NCBI GenBank assembly: GCA_963822965.1
Contig: CAWGJT010000006.1
Location: 640,001-704,000, forward strand
Reading direction: 5' to 3'
DNA: 64,000 bases
Source of the DNA: an uncultured delta proteobacterium
Lineage (GTDB): Bacteria > Myxococcota_A > UBA9160 > UBA4427
Shown: piece by piece, positions 21,110 through 37,851 of the stretch
How the letters are laid out: the number at the start of each line of letters is the position of its first letter
How positions within the stretch are numbered: the first letter of the stretch is position 1
Notes under the pieces: generated by a model
What the model was told of the DNA's origin: nothing
Databases searched by the model: none
What the model saw: the letters and a program-made list of their open reading frames with translations, nothing else
Translations under genes and position numbers: made by a program

Positions 21110-23926
21110 TCAGCGGGCGGCGCTGCGCTTGCGGGAGACGCCGGCCTTGGAGGCCTTGGGAGCCTTCTTGCGCCCGCCGCTCTTCTTCTTGGGACCGGAC
21201 TTCGCCGCCGCCTTCTTGGCGGACGACCGCTTGGCGGCCTTCTTCTTCGTGGCCTTCTTGCGGCCACCGCCCTTGCCGCCGCCGGACGCCTTCTTCTCCG
21301 GGATCTCCTCGACCCACTTGCCGTCGGTGTAGAAGGCGCGCCAGCCGGTGGCCTTGCCGTCCACCTCGGTCATCACGTACTGCTCGCGCGTCTTCCGCTG
21401 GAAGCGGATGGTGGCCTTGTTGCCCTCGCGATCCGTCCGGGGGGCCCGCGTGAGGTACTCGAACTTCGGGTCGAGCTGGTCCTTCACCGCCAGCACGTCG
21501 TCCACCAGCGGCGCGCGGGTCTCCCGGTGTTTGGGAAACTGGCTCGCGGCGAGGAAGATGCCCGCGGCGCCGTCGCGCAGCAGGAAGAAGTCGTCACACG
21601 TCTCGCAGCGCAGGTGCGGCATCGGGATCGGGTCGGCCTTCGGCGGGGCCGGCTCGCCGCTGCGAAGCAGCTTGCGCGTGTTCTTGCAGCCCTCGGCCGT
21701 ACAGCCGAAGTACTTGCCGAAGCGACCCGTCTTGAGCTGCATGTCGGCGCCGCACTTGTCGCACTCGAGCACGGGGCCGTCGTACCCCTTGATGACGAAT
21801 TCGCCGCGTTCCACCTCGAAGCCGGGGCAATCGGGGTTGTTGCCGCACACGTGCAGCCTGCGCTTCTCGTCGATCAGGTAGCTGTCCATCACCGTCTCGC
21901 AGAGGGGACAGTGGCGGCGCTTGAGGAGGAGCTTGGATTCCGCCTCCTCGTCCTCCCCCACGGCGACGGCCTCTTCGCCCGGGATCAGGTTGATGGTGCA
22001 CTTGCAGCGTTCCTTGGGCGGCAGCGCGTAGCCGGAGCAGCCCAGGAAGACGCCCGTGCTCGCCGTGCGGATCTGCATCGGGCGGCCGCACTCGGGGCAG
22101 GGAATGTCCGTGTCCGTCGGCTCGTTGGGCCGCATGCCCTTCTCGCCCCCGGCCTCTTCGAGCTGGTTGCGGAAGTCCCGGTAGAAGTCGTCGAGCACCT
22201 TCTTCCAGTCCGCCTCGCCGGTGGCGATGCGATCGAGCGCCTGCTCCATCTGTGCGGTGAAGCCGTAGTCGAGCAGCTCCTCGAAGTTCTCCACCAGCCG
22301 CTCGGTGACGATGTCGCCCATCTTCTCGGCGTAGAATCGGCGGTTCTCGACGCGCGCGTAGCCCCGGTCCTGGATCGTCGAGATGATCGACGCGTAGGTG
22401 GAGGGACGGCCGATGCCCCGCTTCTCGAGCTCCTTCACCAGGCTCGCTTCGCTGAAGCGCGGCGGCGGCTTGGTGAAGTGCTGGCTCGGCTCGAGCTCCA
22501 CGAGGGTCAGGACGTCGCCGACGTTCACGTCCGGCAGGGCCGTGTCGCCCTGACCGTTCTTGGCGGGGGGCTGCACCCGGGTGAAGCCGTCGAACTGCAG
22601 GATGCGGCCGCGCGTGCGCAGCTCGAAGTCGCCGGCGTGCACCGCGATGGTCGTGCTCAGGTACTCGGCCGGCGGCATCTGGCACGCCACGAACTGGCGC
22701 CACACGAGCTCGTAGAGGCGCTCCTGGTCGCGTTCGAGACCGGAGAGCGTGCCCGGGGCCGCCGCCACGTCCGTCGGCCGGATGGCCTCGTGGGCCTCCT
22801 GAGCGCCCTCCTGGCTGGCGTAGGAGATGGGCTGCTCGGGCCGGTAGCGCTCCCCGAACTCCGACAGGATGTAGTCGCGACAGCCCTGGACCGCCTCGGC
22901 GCTCAGGTTCGTCGAGTCGGTCCGCATGTAGGTGATGTGACCCGCTTCGTAGAGGCGCTGGGCGAGCATCATCGTCTTCTTGACGCTGAACGAGAGCCGG
23001 GTGCTGGCGGCCTGCTGCAGGGTCGACGTGATGTAGGGCGCACCCGGTCGCGTACGGGTGGGCTTGTCCTCGCGCTTGACCACCGCCAAGGACGCGCGTT
23101 CCAGGCGCGCCAGCGCGGCGTTCGTCTGCTCTTCGTGGGTGGGCCGGAAGCTCTCCTCCCCCTCCTTCATCACCTGCAGGCGAAGGTGCTCGCCGCCCTT
23201 CTCCCGGGCGGTGGCCGTGTCCGCGTAGACCTCCCAGTACTCCTCGGGATGGAAGGCGCGGATCTCCCGCTCGCGCTCCACCAGCAGCCGCACGGCCACG
23301 GACTGCACGCGGCCGGCGGAGAGACCCCGGGCGACCTTCGACCAGAGGAGCGGCGAGAGCATGTAGCCCACCACCCGGTCCAGGAAGCGACGCGCCTGCT
23401 GGGCGTTCACCCGGCTCTCGTCGATGGACCCGGGCTCTTCGAAGGCGGCCTGGATGGCCGACTTCGTGATCTCGTTGAAGACGACCCGCCGATAGCGGTC
23501 GTCGTCGCCGCCGATCACCTCGCGCAGGTGCCAGGCGATGGCCTCCCCCTCGCGATCGAGATCGGTGGCCAGGTAGATGGCGTCGGCGTTCCGGGCGAGC
23601 TTCACGAGCTCCGCGAGCACCTTCTCCTTGCCCGGCAGGATCTCGTAGTGGGCCTCCCAGCCGTGATCGGGGTCGATTCCCATCCGCGCGATCAGGGCCT
23701 TGCGGGCCTGCTTTTTCTTGTGGATCGCCCGCTTGGCGGGGGGCAGCTTGCGGGTGAAGGCCGCGGCCTCGGCCCGGGCCTTGGGATCCACCTGCTTGCC
23801 GGACCCGCTGACGGGCAGATCGCGCACGTGCCCGACGCTGGACTTCACGACGAAGTCCTTTCCCAGGTACTTGTTGATGGTGCGAGCCTTCGCGGGAGAC
23901 TCGACGATCACCAGTGACTTGCCCAT
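21110..23926 (-). CDS. topA: DNA topoisomerase I (type IA) with zinc ribbons and a Lys/Ala-rich tail
   Basis: [39 protein letters not shown] (catalytic Tyr), [10 protein letters not shown]4 zinc ribbons. Confidence 0.97.
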   Translation of the reverse strand: MGKSLVIVESPAKARTINKYLGKDFVVKSSVGHVRDLPVSGSGKQVDPKARAEAAAFTRKLPPAKRAIHKKKQARKALIARMGIDPDHGWEAHYEILPGKEKVLAELVKLARNADAIYLATDLDREGEAIAWHLREVIGGDDDRYRRVVFNEITKSAIQAAFEEPGSIDESRVNAQQARRFLDRVVGYMLSPLLWSKVARGLSAGRVQSVAVRLLVEREREIRAFHPEEYWEVYADTATAREKGGEHLRLQVMKEGEESFRPTHEEQTNAALARLERASLAVVKREDKPTRTRPGAPYITSTLQQAASTRLSFSVKKTMMLAQRLYEAGHITYMRTDSTNLSAEAVQGCRDYILSEFGERYRPEQPISYASQEGAQEAHEAIRPTDVAAAPGTLSGLERDQERLYELVWRQFVACQMPPAEYLSTTIAVHAGDFELRTRGRILQFDGFTRVQPPAKNGQGDTALPDVNVGDVLTLVELEPSQHFTKPPPRFSEASLVKELEKRGIGRPSTYASIISTIQDRGYARVENRRFYAEKMGDIVTERLVENFEELLDYGFTAQMEQALDRIATGEADWKKVLDDFYRDFRNQLEEAGGEKGMRPNEPTDTDIPCPECGRPMQIRTASTGVFLGCSGYALPPKERCKCTINLIPGEEAVAVGEDEEAESKLLLKRRHCPLCETVMDSYLIDEKRRLHVCGNNPDCPGFEVERGEFVIKGYDGPVLECDKCGADMQLKTGRFGKYFGCTAEGCKNTRKLLRSGEPAPPKADPIPMPHLRCETCDDFFLLRDGAAGIFLAASQFPKHRETRAPLVDDVLAVKDQLDPKFEYLTRAPRTDREGNKATIRFQRKTREQYVMTEVDGKATGWRAFYTDGKWVEEIPEKKASGGGKGGGRKKATKKKAAKRSSAKKAAAKSGPKKKSGGRKKAPKASKAGVSRKRSAAR

Positions 23927-24240
23927 GCGACTCCTACTAGCGACAACGCGGCGCCGAACCATAACCAAAATCTGGAGATGCCAAGGAAGACGATCTGGCG
24001 CCACTTTTCGTTCCCATGGGGAAGCAACGGGCCTGAAAACCCACAAACACGAGCTCGCAGATCCGAGCCACTCCTCATCGTCGACGCCCGTGGGAATCAG
24101 AGTGCGGGCGTCACACCACATTCTTCGTCGACGTTCCGGCGGGGCGACCTCGACCGGGACGGCGCGCCCACCCCGAATCCACGGCCCCAGGCCCCCGCAG
24201 GTCTGCGACACTCCCCGCACGAACCGATCGGGGGACCCCC

Positions 24241-25215
24241 ATGGCGAAGATCCTCGGCAACCTCGTCCCGGAGGACGACTACACCCACCCGCTCGGCCCC
24301 GAGCCGAACTTCAACGAGAGCATGTACTTCAACTTCTTCGATCCGAAGCAGTCGATCGGCGGCTTCATCCGGATCGGCAACCGCGCGAACGAGGGACGCG
24401 CGGAGGTGACGGTCACGGTCTACCTGAAGGACGGCCGGGTGCTCTTCACCTTCAAGCGTGCCCCCATCGAGCACAACGACGCCTTCGACGCCGGCGGGGC
24501 GCGCTTCGACGTGATCGAGCCGACCCAGAAGCTGCGCACCGTCTACGAGGGCTCGGTGCTCGACCTGGCGGAGCCGCGCCGGATGACCGATCCGCGCAAG
24601 GCCTTCGAAGAGAGCCCGAAGCGCCGCATCCGTCTCGACCTGGTCTACGACGCGGTGGGACCGATGTACGGCAGCGCCGGCGACGAGCACGAGTCGAAGC
24701 GCAGCGCGGACGAGCAGTTCGCCAAGGCGCACTACGAGCAGCACATGGCGGTGTCGGGCGACCTGCACCTCGACGGCGAGACCCTCCACATCGAGGGATA
24801 CGGCCTGCGCGACCATTCCTGGGGACCGCGCTACTGGCAGGCCATCGACGGCTACGAGTGGCTCACCATGAACTTCGGTCCCGACCTCGGCGCGATGGTG
24901 TCGGTGATCCGGCGTGGACCCGGCGAAGCCCGGACGGGCGGCGTGGTCGTCCGCGACGGCGCGCTGGAAGCGATCCGGAACGCCGAGGTGAGCGCCGACT
25001 ACGAGGAGAACGGCCTCTACCACCGCACGGTCACGGCCCGGATCGAGACCGCGTCCGGCGAGAAGCACGTCATCCAGGGCGAGGTCAAGGGCTTCATTCC
25101 CCTCCGCAACCGGCGCGAGGGACTCGTCACCCACATCGGCGAGGGCATGACCGAGTGGCGGTGGGGCGATCGCACGGGCTACGGGCTCTCGGAGTTCCTG
25201 AAGCAGGTCGAGTGA
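24241..25215 (+). CDS. Conserved hypothetical protein (beta-rich; tocopherol-cyclase/AttH-like fold suspected)
   Basis: FNESMYFNF...HYEQ...[12 protein letters not shown] motifs. Confidence 0.65.
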   Translation: MAKILGNLVPEDDYTHPLGPEPNFNESMYFNFFDPKQSIGGFIRIGNRANEGRAEVTVTVYLKDGRVLFTFKRAPIEHNDAFDAGGARFDVIEPTQKLRTVYEGSVLDLAEPRRMTDPRKAFEESPKRRIRLDLVYDAVGPMYGSAGDEHESKRSADEQFAKAHYEQHMAVSGDLHLDGETLHIEGYGLRDHSWGPRYWQAIDGYEWLTMNFGPDLGAMVSVIRRGPGEARTGGVVVRDGALEAIRNAEVSADYEENGLYHRTVTARIETASGEKHVIQGEVKGFIPLRNRREGLVTHIGEGMTEWRWGDRTGYGLSEFLKQVE

Positions 25216-26123
25216 ACGTGAGCGTGCGCGACGAGCACATCGACGCCTTCCGGAGAGACGGGTTCGTCGTCCTTCCCGACCTGCTCGATCCGGCCGAACG
25301 GGAACGCTACGGCGCCGCCGTGGACGCCGCGGTCACCCGACGCACGCGCGAAGACCGGCGTTCCCTCGCCGAGAAGTCCCTCTACGAGCAGTCGTTTCAG
25401 CAGTGCATCAACCTCTGGGAGGACTTCGAAGACGTCCGCGCCCTGACCTTCCACTCGAGGCTCGCAGAGAGCGCGGCGCTTCTCCTGGGCGTGCGGGCCC
25501 TGCGCGTCTGGCACGACCAGGCGCTCTACAAGGAGGCCGGCGGGCGGGGGACGGATCCGCACCAGGATCAGCCCTACTGGCCGCTGCACGAGACGGACGC
25601 GATCACCGCCTGGATTCCGTTCGACGGCTCCACCCGGGAGAACGGCTGCATGGGCTATCTGCCCGGCAGCCACACGAGCGGCCTGCGCAGGTTCGCCAAC
25701 ATCTTCACCAGCACGGGCTACGACCTGGAAGCGCTCCCCCAGACGCGAGGTCGCGAGACCGTCTGGGTGGAGGTGCCGGCCGGAGCCGTCGCCTTCCACC
25801 ACGGGCTCACCGTCCACCGGGCGCTTCCCAACACGAGCCCGCGCACGCGCCGGGTCCACACCGTCATCTACTTCGCCGACGGCACCACGCGCGTCTCGCG
25901 CGAGCACCCGCACCCCGCGGTGGACCGGGCGGGAATCGCACCCGGTGCGGTGGTCGCCAGCGACGTCACGCCGATCGCCTGGCCCCGGCCGGCCGGCGAC
26001 CTGCCCCCCACGCCGCCGCGACCCGACCCCCTGCTGCGCGGCTGGCCCGGCTGGCCGGCGGACGAGACCGCGACGCCCGAAGCCCGACGCCCGGAGAAGG
26101 ACGGCGCTGGGCGAGGGGCCTGA
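25212..26123 (+). CDS. Phytanoyl-CoA dioxygenase (PhyH) family Fe(II)/2OG oxygenase
   Basis: HQDQPYW (HxD), ENGCM..LPGSH, FHHGLTVH...N...RR. Confidence 0.9.
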   Translation: MNVSVRDEHIDAFRRDGFVVLPDLLDPAERERYGAAVDAAVTRRTREDRRSLAEKSLYEQSFQQCINLWEDFEDVRALTFHSRLAESAALLLGVRALRVWHDQALYKEAGGRGTDPHQDQPYWPLHETDAITAWIPFDGSTRENGCMGYLPGSHTSGLRRFANIFTSTGYDLEALPQTRGRETVWVEVPAGAVAFHHGLTVHRALPNTSPRTRRVHTVIYFADGTTRVSREHPHPAVDRAGIAPGAVVASDVTPIAWPRPAGDLPPTPPRPDPLLRGWPGWPADETATPEARRPEKDGAGRGA

Positions 26124-26139
26124 CCGGCCGGCGGCCGGC

Positions 26140-27090
26140 TCAGGGGCTGAGCACGACCTTGATGGCACCGCTCGCGCGATTCCGGGCCAGGGCGAAGGCG
26201 TCCGGCGCGGCGTCGAGGGGCAGGCGATGGGTGATCAGTGTCTCGGCGATCTCGGGCCGCGACGCCAGCAGCGCCGCCGCCACCTCCACGTCCCGCTCGC
26301 CCCCGTCGCGCCCGTACATGAAGGAGGGAACCACCCGGATCTCCTTCATGCAGAGCGTCATGCCCGGCGGCTCGAACCCGTCCCAGTAGCTCGCGAGCAG
26401 CAGCAGGCTGCCCCCCGGACGGGTGAGCTCGCACGCCTCCTTCAAGGCGCTCGCGGTACCCGCGCAGTCGATCACGAGATCGTAGTCCCCGTCCGCAGCG
26501 GCCGTGTCCAGCAGCCGCGCGCCCAGCCGCTCGCCCGCCGCGCGCTGGGCGTCGTGACGCGCCCGGAGGGCGATCTCGCCGGCCGTCGTGGCCGCCGCGG
26601 CCACGGCGCACAGGCCGATGGCGCCGCCGCCGATCACCGCCACCCGCGACGGGCGGGCGGGTGCCGCCTTGCGGAGCCCGTGGACCGCCACGGCCAGCGG
26701 CTCCACCAGGCAGGCGTCCGCCGGCGAGACGCCCGGAGGCAAGCGCACCAGGCAGTGCTCCGGAACGACCAGTTCGTCGGCCATGCCACCGTCGCGCCCG
26801 ATGCCGATGAAGCGGTCGAGCTGGGAGGGACACAGGTTGTAGTCGCCACGGCGACAGGGATCGCAGGTGCCGCAGCCGATCACCGGCTCGATGGCGACGG
26901 CCGTGCCGTCGGCGAGCTCGCCCGCGACCTCGTGTCCGGGGGTGCCCGCGATCGGCCAACCGCCGTCGATCATGTGGAGATCGGATCCGCAGATGCCCGC
27001 CGAGCGGACCCGAACGCGAACGCCCTCGCCGGACGGCGCCGGGACGTTCTCGACCTCGATGCGACCCTGGTGGCAGCGAATCGCTCGCAT
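26140..27090 (-). CDS. Zinc-binding alcohol dehydrogenase (MDR family)
   Basis: GICGSDLH, GHE, CGTCDPC..C, GGGAIG. Confidence 0.92.
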   Translation of the reverse strand: MRAIRCHQGRIEVENVPAPSGEGVRVRVRSAGICGSDLHMIDGGWPIAGTPGHEVAGELADGTAVAIEPVIGCGTCDPCRRGDYNLCPSQLDRFIGIGRDGGMADELVVPEHCLVRLPPGVSPADACLVEPLAVAVHGLRKAAPARPSRVAVIGGGAIGLCAVAAAATTAGEIALRARHDAQRAAGERLGARLLDTAAADGDYDLVIDCAGTASALKEACELTRPGGSLLLLASYWDGFEPPGMTLCMKEIRVVPSFMYGRDGGERDVEVAAALLASRPEIAETLITHRLPLDAAPDAFALARNRASGAIKVVLSP

Positions 27091-27100
27091 CAGCGGACGG

Positions 27101-27173
27101 TAGCAGGGCGCTGAAGAACCCCGGAGCGAGCGAGGGGCGTGCCTCGCGACGGCAGCGGGTTCTTCAGCAGCGG
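27101..27173. repeat. 12-bp inverted repeat resembling IS5/IS1182-type MITE ends
   Basis: GCTGAAGAACCC (27110-27121) ... GGGTTCTTCAGC (27157-27168). Confidence 0.45.
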
Positions 27174-27189
27174 CCGCGCGGACGGCGGG

Positions 27190-28119
27190 TCAGCCCTGCG
27201 TCGGAGGCCCGTCGCCCTTGCCACGGCGCTCGCGCGCCTTCTCGAGACGTCGGGTCCGTGCCCCCTCTCCGTACATCCCGAAGGTGCGGACGATGATCGG
27301 TCGATCGGCGGCGATGGCCACCTGCTCGGCGGTGCGCCCTTCGGCATCCAACAGTCCCGTGTCGATCCCCGCCTCGATCAGCTGTCGCACGATGCGCCGC
27401 TCTCCCTCGCGGGCCGCGACGTGCAGGGCGGTCTCGCCCTTCGCGTTCTGGTGGTTCAGGTCGACGCCCGCCTTCATCAGCACGATCGGGAGGGCCGTGC
27501 TGGGCTTGCGCGCGGCACAGTGCAACGGGGTCTCGCCGGCTTCGTCGACGGCATTCGCATCGGCGCCGTACTCGAGAAGCACGATCATGGTGCCGCCGCG
27601 TGCGAAGGAGGCCGCGGTGTGGAGCGGTGTGTGCCCGGCCGCGTCCCGGGCCATCGGGTCCCCGCCGCGGCCGAGCAGGATGCGCATGTTGTGACGGTTG
27701 ACGTCTCCGTGAGCCGGCGTGCGGCCGGCGTCGTCCCGGGCGTTCGGATCCGCTCCGTGGTCGAGCAGGACGATGGTCGCGCGCGTGGTGTTGTCGCCCA
27801 AGACGGCCAGATGCAGGGGCGTACGACCCTGTGCGTCGCGCGCGTTCGGGTCCGCGCCAGCGTCGAGCAGCGTCGCTTCCATCGGCCAGAAGCCCAGGGT
27901 CGCCGCCACGTGGAGGGCGGTCCGACCCTGCGCGTCCGTGGCGTTCGGGTCGGCGCCGGCTCGGAGCGCGTCGCGCAGGGCCAGCAGATCCTCGGACTCG
28001 ACCGCGTGGATGAGGACTTCGGGGGGAATCGTCTCCCGCCCGGCGCACGCGGACACGACCAGCGCGGCAAGAGCCGCCATCGAGAGAACGGAGCGCAACG
28101 TGGTTCGGGACTTCGCCAA
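27190..28119 (-). CDS. Ankyrin-repeat lipoprotein (start uncertain: 28119 or 28080)
   Basis: About 7 repeats of the type GADPNARD..GRTPLH.A; lipobox VSAC. Confidence 0.88.
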   Translation of the reverse strand: MAKSRTTLRSVLSMAALAALVVSACAGRETIPPEVLIHAVESEDLLALRDALRAGADPNATDAQGRTALHVAATLGFWPMEATLLDAGADPNARDAQGRTPLHLAVLGDNTTRATIVLLDHGADPNARDDAGRTPAHGDVNRHNMRILLGRGGDPMARDAAGHTPLHTAASFARGGTMIVLLEYGADANAVDEAGETPLHCAARKPSTALPIVLMKAGVDLNHQNAKGETALHVAAREGERRIVRQLIEAGIDTGLLDAEGRTAEQVAIAADRPIIVRTFGMYGEGARTRRLEKARERRGKGDGPPTQG

Positions 28120-28304
28120 CCGCGGGACGATAGAGCAGTCGCCACCAACAGTCAGGCCGGCAGCGGCTCCGGCCGCGCGGCGCCGGCGCGCAGCCGGGGT
28201 GCACCCGCGCCCGGCACGCACCCACGGTCCAAGGCGTTTTCGCGCGCCGATGATTGCGCGGCGAAGCCGGAGGAGGGTAGTGTAAGGAGATCGCGCTACC
28301 CCCC

Positions 28305-29735
28305 GTGCCGGAGAGCTTTTCGTTGAACGCCGTCGATGCACGGACGGGAGCGGCGACGCGACCGCTTCGCGCGCCCCACGGCCGCAGGGGCGCGAGACGA
28401 GCCCGGCGGGCGGCTGCGGCGCTCCGTATCGCCGCGCAACTCGGCATCGCCGCGGCGCTCGCGAGCGGCTGCGGCACCCCGACGGAACCCCCGCCGCCTC
28501 CGAGCCTCGAGGCCACGACCCCGAGCGAGCGCCTTCCCATCGACGGGCTCTGGAAGACCGCCGGCGAGCCCCAGGTCTACGTGCAGCTGGAGCGCGGGCG
28601 CATGTACCTGCAGGCCGGCTTCGGCCCCGACGAACACCACGGCACCCTCGTCTACGCCGACGTCCACCAGAGCGCTCCGCGCGTGTACCGCGCGCTCCGT
28701 CCGGTTCGCGGACCGGGCACGCTGACGTGGCAGCCCTGCACGATCGGCGTGCAGGACGACGGCTCGCTCCGGGTCATGCCCGGCCAGGAGGAAGGCGACG
28801 GCCCGGAGCCGGGTAGCGAGGGCCGCTTCCTGCGCCTGCTTCCCGTGGCCCTGGCGGACGAGACCTGGTTCGCCGCGCAGCAGGCCACCTGGCATCTCGT
28901 GTCGGCGCGGGAGGCGCACAAGCCGCCGCCCCCGGCTCCCGTCGTGGGCACACCCGCCGTGGTGCCCTCGCTGCCGCCCTCGCGCGCGCCGGCCGAGCGG
29001 GCGCTCGCCCTACCGGCGGCCGTCCAGCGTTTCGGGCGCTACCACGCCCTCGTCGTCGGCAGCGCCGAGTACATGTATCTGCCGGCGGTCGCCACCGCCG
29101 AGGGTGACGCCTCCGCGGTCTCCGAGCTGCTCGCGAGCCGCTACGGGTTCGAGGTGAGTCTCCTGATGAACCCGCATCTCGAAGAGCTCACCGGCGCGCT
29201 CGCCCGATACGAGCACGAGCTGTCCCCGGACGACAACCTGCTCATCTACTACGCCGGGCACGGATTCGTGAGCGACGAGCTGGGACGCTGCTACTGGTTT
29301 CCCGTCGAGGCCCTCGGCAACGATCCGCAGGAGGGACTCGCCAGCGACGACGTGGCCGCCGCGCTCGCACGCATGAAGGCCAAGCGCGTGATGGTCGTCG
29401 CCGACAGCTGCTTCACCGGCGCGCAGCGTCGCGAGGTGGGGCTCCAGAACGGGCAGGGCGACAGCTCCGACAAGCTGGCGCGGACGCGCGCCCGCGTCGT
29501 GCTGTCGTCGGGCGGGCTCGAACCGATCCAGAACGGGCAGGCGAGCGGACACTCGGTCTTCACGGGCGCCTTGCTCGAGGCGCTCTCGACGAACGACGAG
29601 GTGATCGACGGCACCCGCGTCTTCCAGGAGATCCAGCGCATCGTGCCGGCCGGCGCGAGCCAGACCCCGGAGTACGCGAACATCCTCGGTGCCGGAGACG
29701 GCGGCGGCGACTTCGTCTTCGTACCCGGCCGCTGA
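28305..29735 (+). CDS. Caspase-family (peptidase C14) lipoprotein; start uncertain
   Basis: Lipobox ASGC; YYAGHG and VADSCFTG catalytic His/Cys; [15 protein letters not shown]. Confidence 0.85.
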   Translation: MPESFSLNAVDARTGAATRPLRAPHGRRGARRARRAAAALRIAAQLGIAAALASGCGTPTEPPPPPSLEATTPSERLPIDGLWKTAGEPQVYVQLERGRMYLQAGFGPDEHHGTLVYADVHQSAPRVYRALRPVRGPGTLTWQPCTIGVQDDGSLRVMPGQEEGDGPEPGSEGRFLRLLPVALADETWFAAQQATWHLVSAREAHKPPPPAPVVGTPAVVPSLPPSRAPAERALALPAAVQRFGRYHALVVGSAEYMYLPAVATAEGDASAVSELLASRYGFEVSLLMNPHLEELTGALARYEHELSPDDNLLIYYAGHGFVSDELGRCYWFPVEALGNDPQEGLASDDVAAALARMKAKRVMVVADSCFTGAQRREVGLQNGQGDSSDKLARTRARVVLSSGGLEPIQNGQASGHSVFTGALLEALSTNDEVIDGTRVFQEIQRIVPAGASQTPEYANILGAGDGGGDFVFVPGR

Positions 29736-29915
29736 GCGGGCGGCACCCGCCCGCACCGGGGTGGCTCCGGAGGGCGTCCGCGGGCTGCCGGCGGTGTCGG
29801 CTGCGCTAGACTCCCGAGCGTCCCTGTCAGCCCCGGCTCCCCGTCCCCCGCGGAAGCCACCACGTTCTGGTCGGGCGTCCGCCGTCTCCGGCGATCGCCC
29901 GGAGGGGATCGGCCT

Positions 29916-35633
<5,718 letters not shown>

Positions 35634-35644
<11 letters not shown>

Positions 35645-36713
35645 CGGCTTCCTCCATCAGCCGGCCCAGGGTCGCCGACGCCAGGTTGTGGACGTCCATG
35701 TCATGGTCTTCCGGCAGCACCTCGTAGTACTTCAGCTGCCCCGCGATTCGGGCCATGATGACCGAGAAGCGGAAGGCGGCGAAGATCTCGTAGTAGGCGA
35801 GATGCCGGGCCTCGCGGCCGGCGAGCGCCTCCCACCGCGCCACGGTCTCGACCGCGGCGGGGAAGCCCTTTGCCCGGGACAGCCCGATGCCCTCGCTGAA
35901 GGCCCGATCCAGGGTGATCCACCAGGCGAGGTCGGCGACCGGGTTGCCCAGGAACACCATCTCCCAGTCGATCACGGCGACGCAGCGGAGGTCGCGGAAG
36001 ATCTGGTTCGCGAGGCGCGAGTCGCCCCAGCAGATGCCGACGGGCTCGTCCGTCGGCGCGTTCGCCTGCAGCCAGGCCAGGCTGCGCTCGACCCCGGGCA
36101 GACGCTCGCGGCGGCAGCCCCAGTCCAGGAAGTGGTCGTAGTAGGCGAGCTGCTCCTCGAGGGGCGTACGTCCGGCCGGAGGTCGCGGGACGAACGAGAA
36201 GACCGCGGGATCGGGATCGACGCGGTGCACGCGGGCCATGGCCTCGAGACCACTCCACCAGAGCTGCCCGCGCTGGTCCGGCTCGAGCTCGAACACCCAC
36301 CCGGCCTGGTGATAGGGCGGCGTATCGGTGGGCACGACGCCCTCCATGCGGTCCATCACGTAGAAGCGGGAGCCGAGGACGGCGGGATCCTCCTCGAGCC
36401 AGCGCATGCGCGGCACCGGCACGTCGTGGGCGGCCATCTCCCGCATCATGCGGAACTGCAGCGGCGCGTCGTAGCTCGGGAACACCGGGAACGCTCCGAC
36501 GGGCTCGATGCGCGCGACCAGCGCTTCGCGAACGACCTGCCCGTCCCGGCGGAACGAGAGATCGAACATCAGTGTGTCGCTCGAGAAGCCCGTGTCCCGG
36601 GGCCCGCGCAGCTCGGCGATGGAGAAGTCGCGGCCCTCGGGAATCACGCGCGCGAACCACTCGACCAGGGTCTTGCGGGTGGCGTCCAGGTCGCGCTCGA
36701 GGGGCTGGGGCAT
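35634..36713 (-). CDS. Phosphotransferase family protein (APH / ACAD10-like kinase fold)
   Basis: FYVMDRMEG, WGDSRLAN, VIDWEM, GNPVADLAW. Confidence 0.88.
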
Positions 36714-36761
36714 GATGGCTCCGTCGGGGAGGGCGGAACATGGCACCCGACGACCCGGCGA

Positions 36762-37733
36762 TCAAGCAGCCGAGGCCACCCGCAATGAAGGTGCTTCAGC
36801 GGCGCCCCGGCTCGTAGCGCGCGGACCTCTCCCCGTTCCCGGCTCCTCCGTCGCGGCTTCCGGTGCCATGGGCAGGAGCGCCACCGCCCGCAACGGCCCG
36901 CCGGTGCCCGCGCGAATCTTCATGGGCAGCGCCACCACGTCGAAGCCGCGCGGCGGCAGGGACTCGAGGTTCGCGAGGTTCTCGAACGCCGGCACGTCGG
37001 CCGCGAAGAGGATCCGGTGGCTCCGGAAGTCCCGGGACGGGCCGTGGTCGATGCTGGCCGTATCGAGGCCGACGGCGTGGATGCGCCGCTCGGCCAGCAG
37101 CCAGCGCGCGGCCTCGGGATGCAGCCCGGGAAAGTGGAGCTTCGCGACCGCCTGCGGACCGTGCTCCGCCGTACCCAGGTAGCGCTCCCGATCGGGCCAG
37201 AAGCGACCGAAGCCCGTCCGCAGCAGCACGATGGCGCCGTCCGGGATGCGGCCGTGTGCGGACTCGAAGGCGCGCAGGTCGTCGACGGAGACCTGGTGGT
37301 CGCGGTCCCGGGCGCAGGCAGCGGACACGTCGACGAGCACGGCGGGGCCCACGAGCTGCTCGAGGGGGATCTCGTCCAACGCACGGTGCCCCTCGGCGAA
37401 GTGGGAGGGCGCGTCGATGTGGGTGCCGCCGTGCTCGGCGGTGCGGAACCGGTTGGCCGCGTACCAGTAGCCCCCCTCGGCGAGCCCAGCGGACTCCCGT
37501 TCGAGCACGAAGCCCTCCTCGGTGGGCCAGAAGATGGTGTCCGCGTCATAGGCATGGGACAGGTCGACGAGGACATAGGCATGGGACACGTCGACGAGGA
37601 CAGAGCCGTGGGACAGGTCGACGAGGGGGCGCCCCGCCAGGGCGCCGGCCTCCTGCGCCCCGACCCGGGACGCGAGCCCCAGCCCGAGGACGAGCGCCGC
37701 GGCCACGAGCCGAAAATGGGGAGGGGCCGACAT
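36762..37733 (-). CDS. Cyclase family protein (kynurenine formamidase-like), secreted
   Basis: EHGGTHIDAPSH, GLDTASID, ENLANL, PMKIRAGTGGPLR; N-terminal signal peptide. Confidence 0.9.
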   Translation of the reverse strand: MSAPPHFRLVAAALVLGLGLASRVGAQEAGALAGRPLVDLSHGSVLVDVSHAYVLVDLSHAYDADTIFWPTEEGFVLERESAGLAEGGYWYAANRFRTAEHGGTHIDAPSHFAEGHRALDEIPLEQLVGPAVLVDVSAACARDRDHQVSVDDLRAFESAHGRIPDGAIVLLRTGFGRFWPDRERYLGTAEHGPQAVAKLHFPGLHPEAARWLLAERRIHAVGLDTASIDHGPSRDFRSHRILFAADVPAFENLANLESLPPRGFDVVALPMKIRAGTGGPLRAVALLPMAPEAATEEPGTGRGPRATSRGAAEAPSLRVASAA

Positions 37734-37851
37734 GAGGACCTCCTGGGATCGGCGAGGGACCCGTCGAGCATAGGCGAAAGCGGGGTTACCCTGAAGCCGA
37801 ACGTCCGCGGCCCGCCGGACGGGACGGACTTGCAGAGCGGAAGGAGATTCC

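Noticed and set aside
22..23917. Numerous long overlapping ORFs (e.g. 22-1548, 7256-10231, 20909-23917)
   Set aside because: Antisense or off-frame shadows of real genes, typical of high-GC DNA; Arg/Pro/Ala-rich with no motifs.
37762..37790. CGTCGAGCATAGG match to the repeat junction, and GCGGGGTTACC resembling a c-di-GMP-I riboswitch 3' end
   Set aside because: The match is only 13 bp, and minus-strand TATGCT is well placed as a -10 box for the cyclase gene. The rest of the riboswitch consensus is absent.
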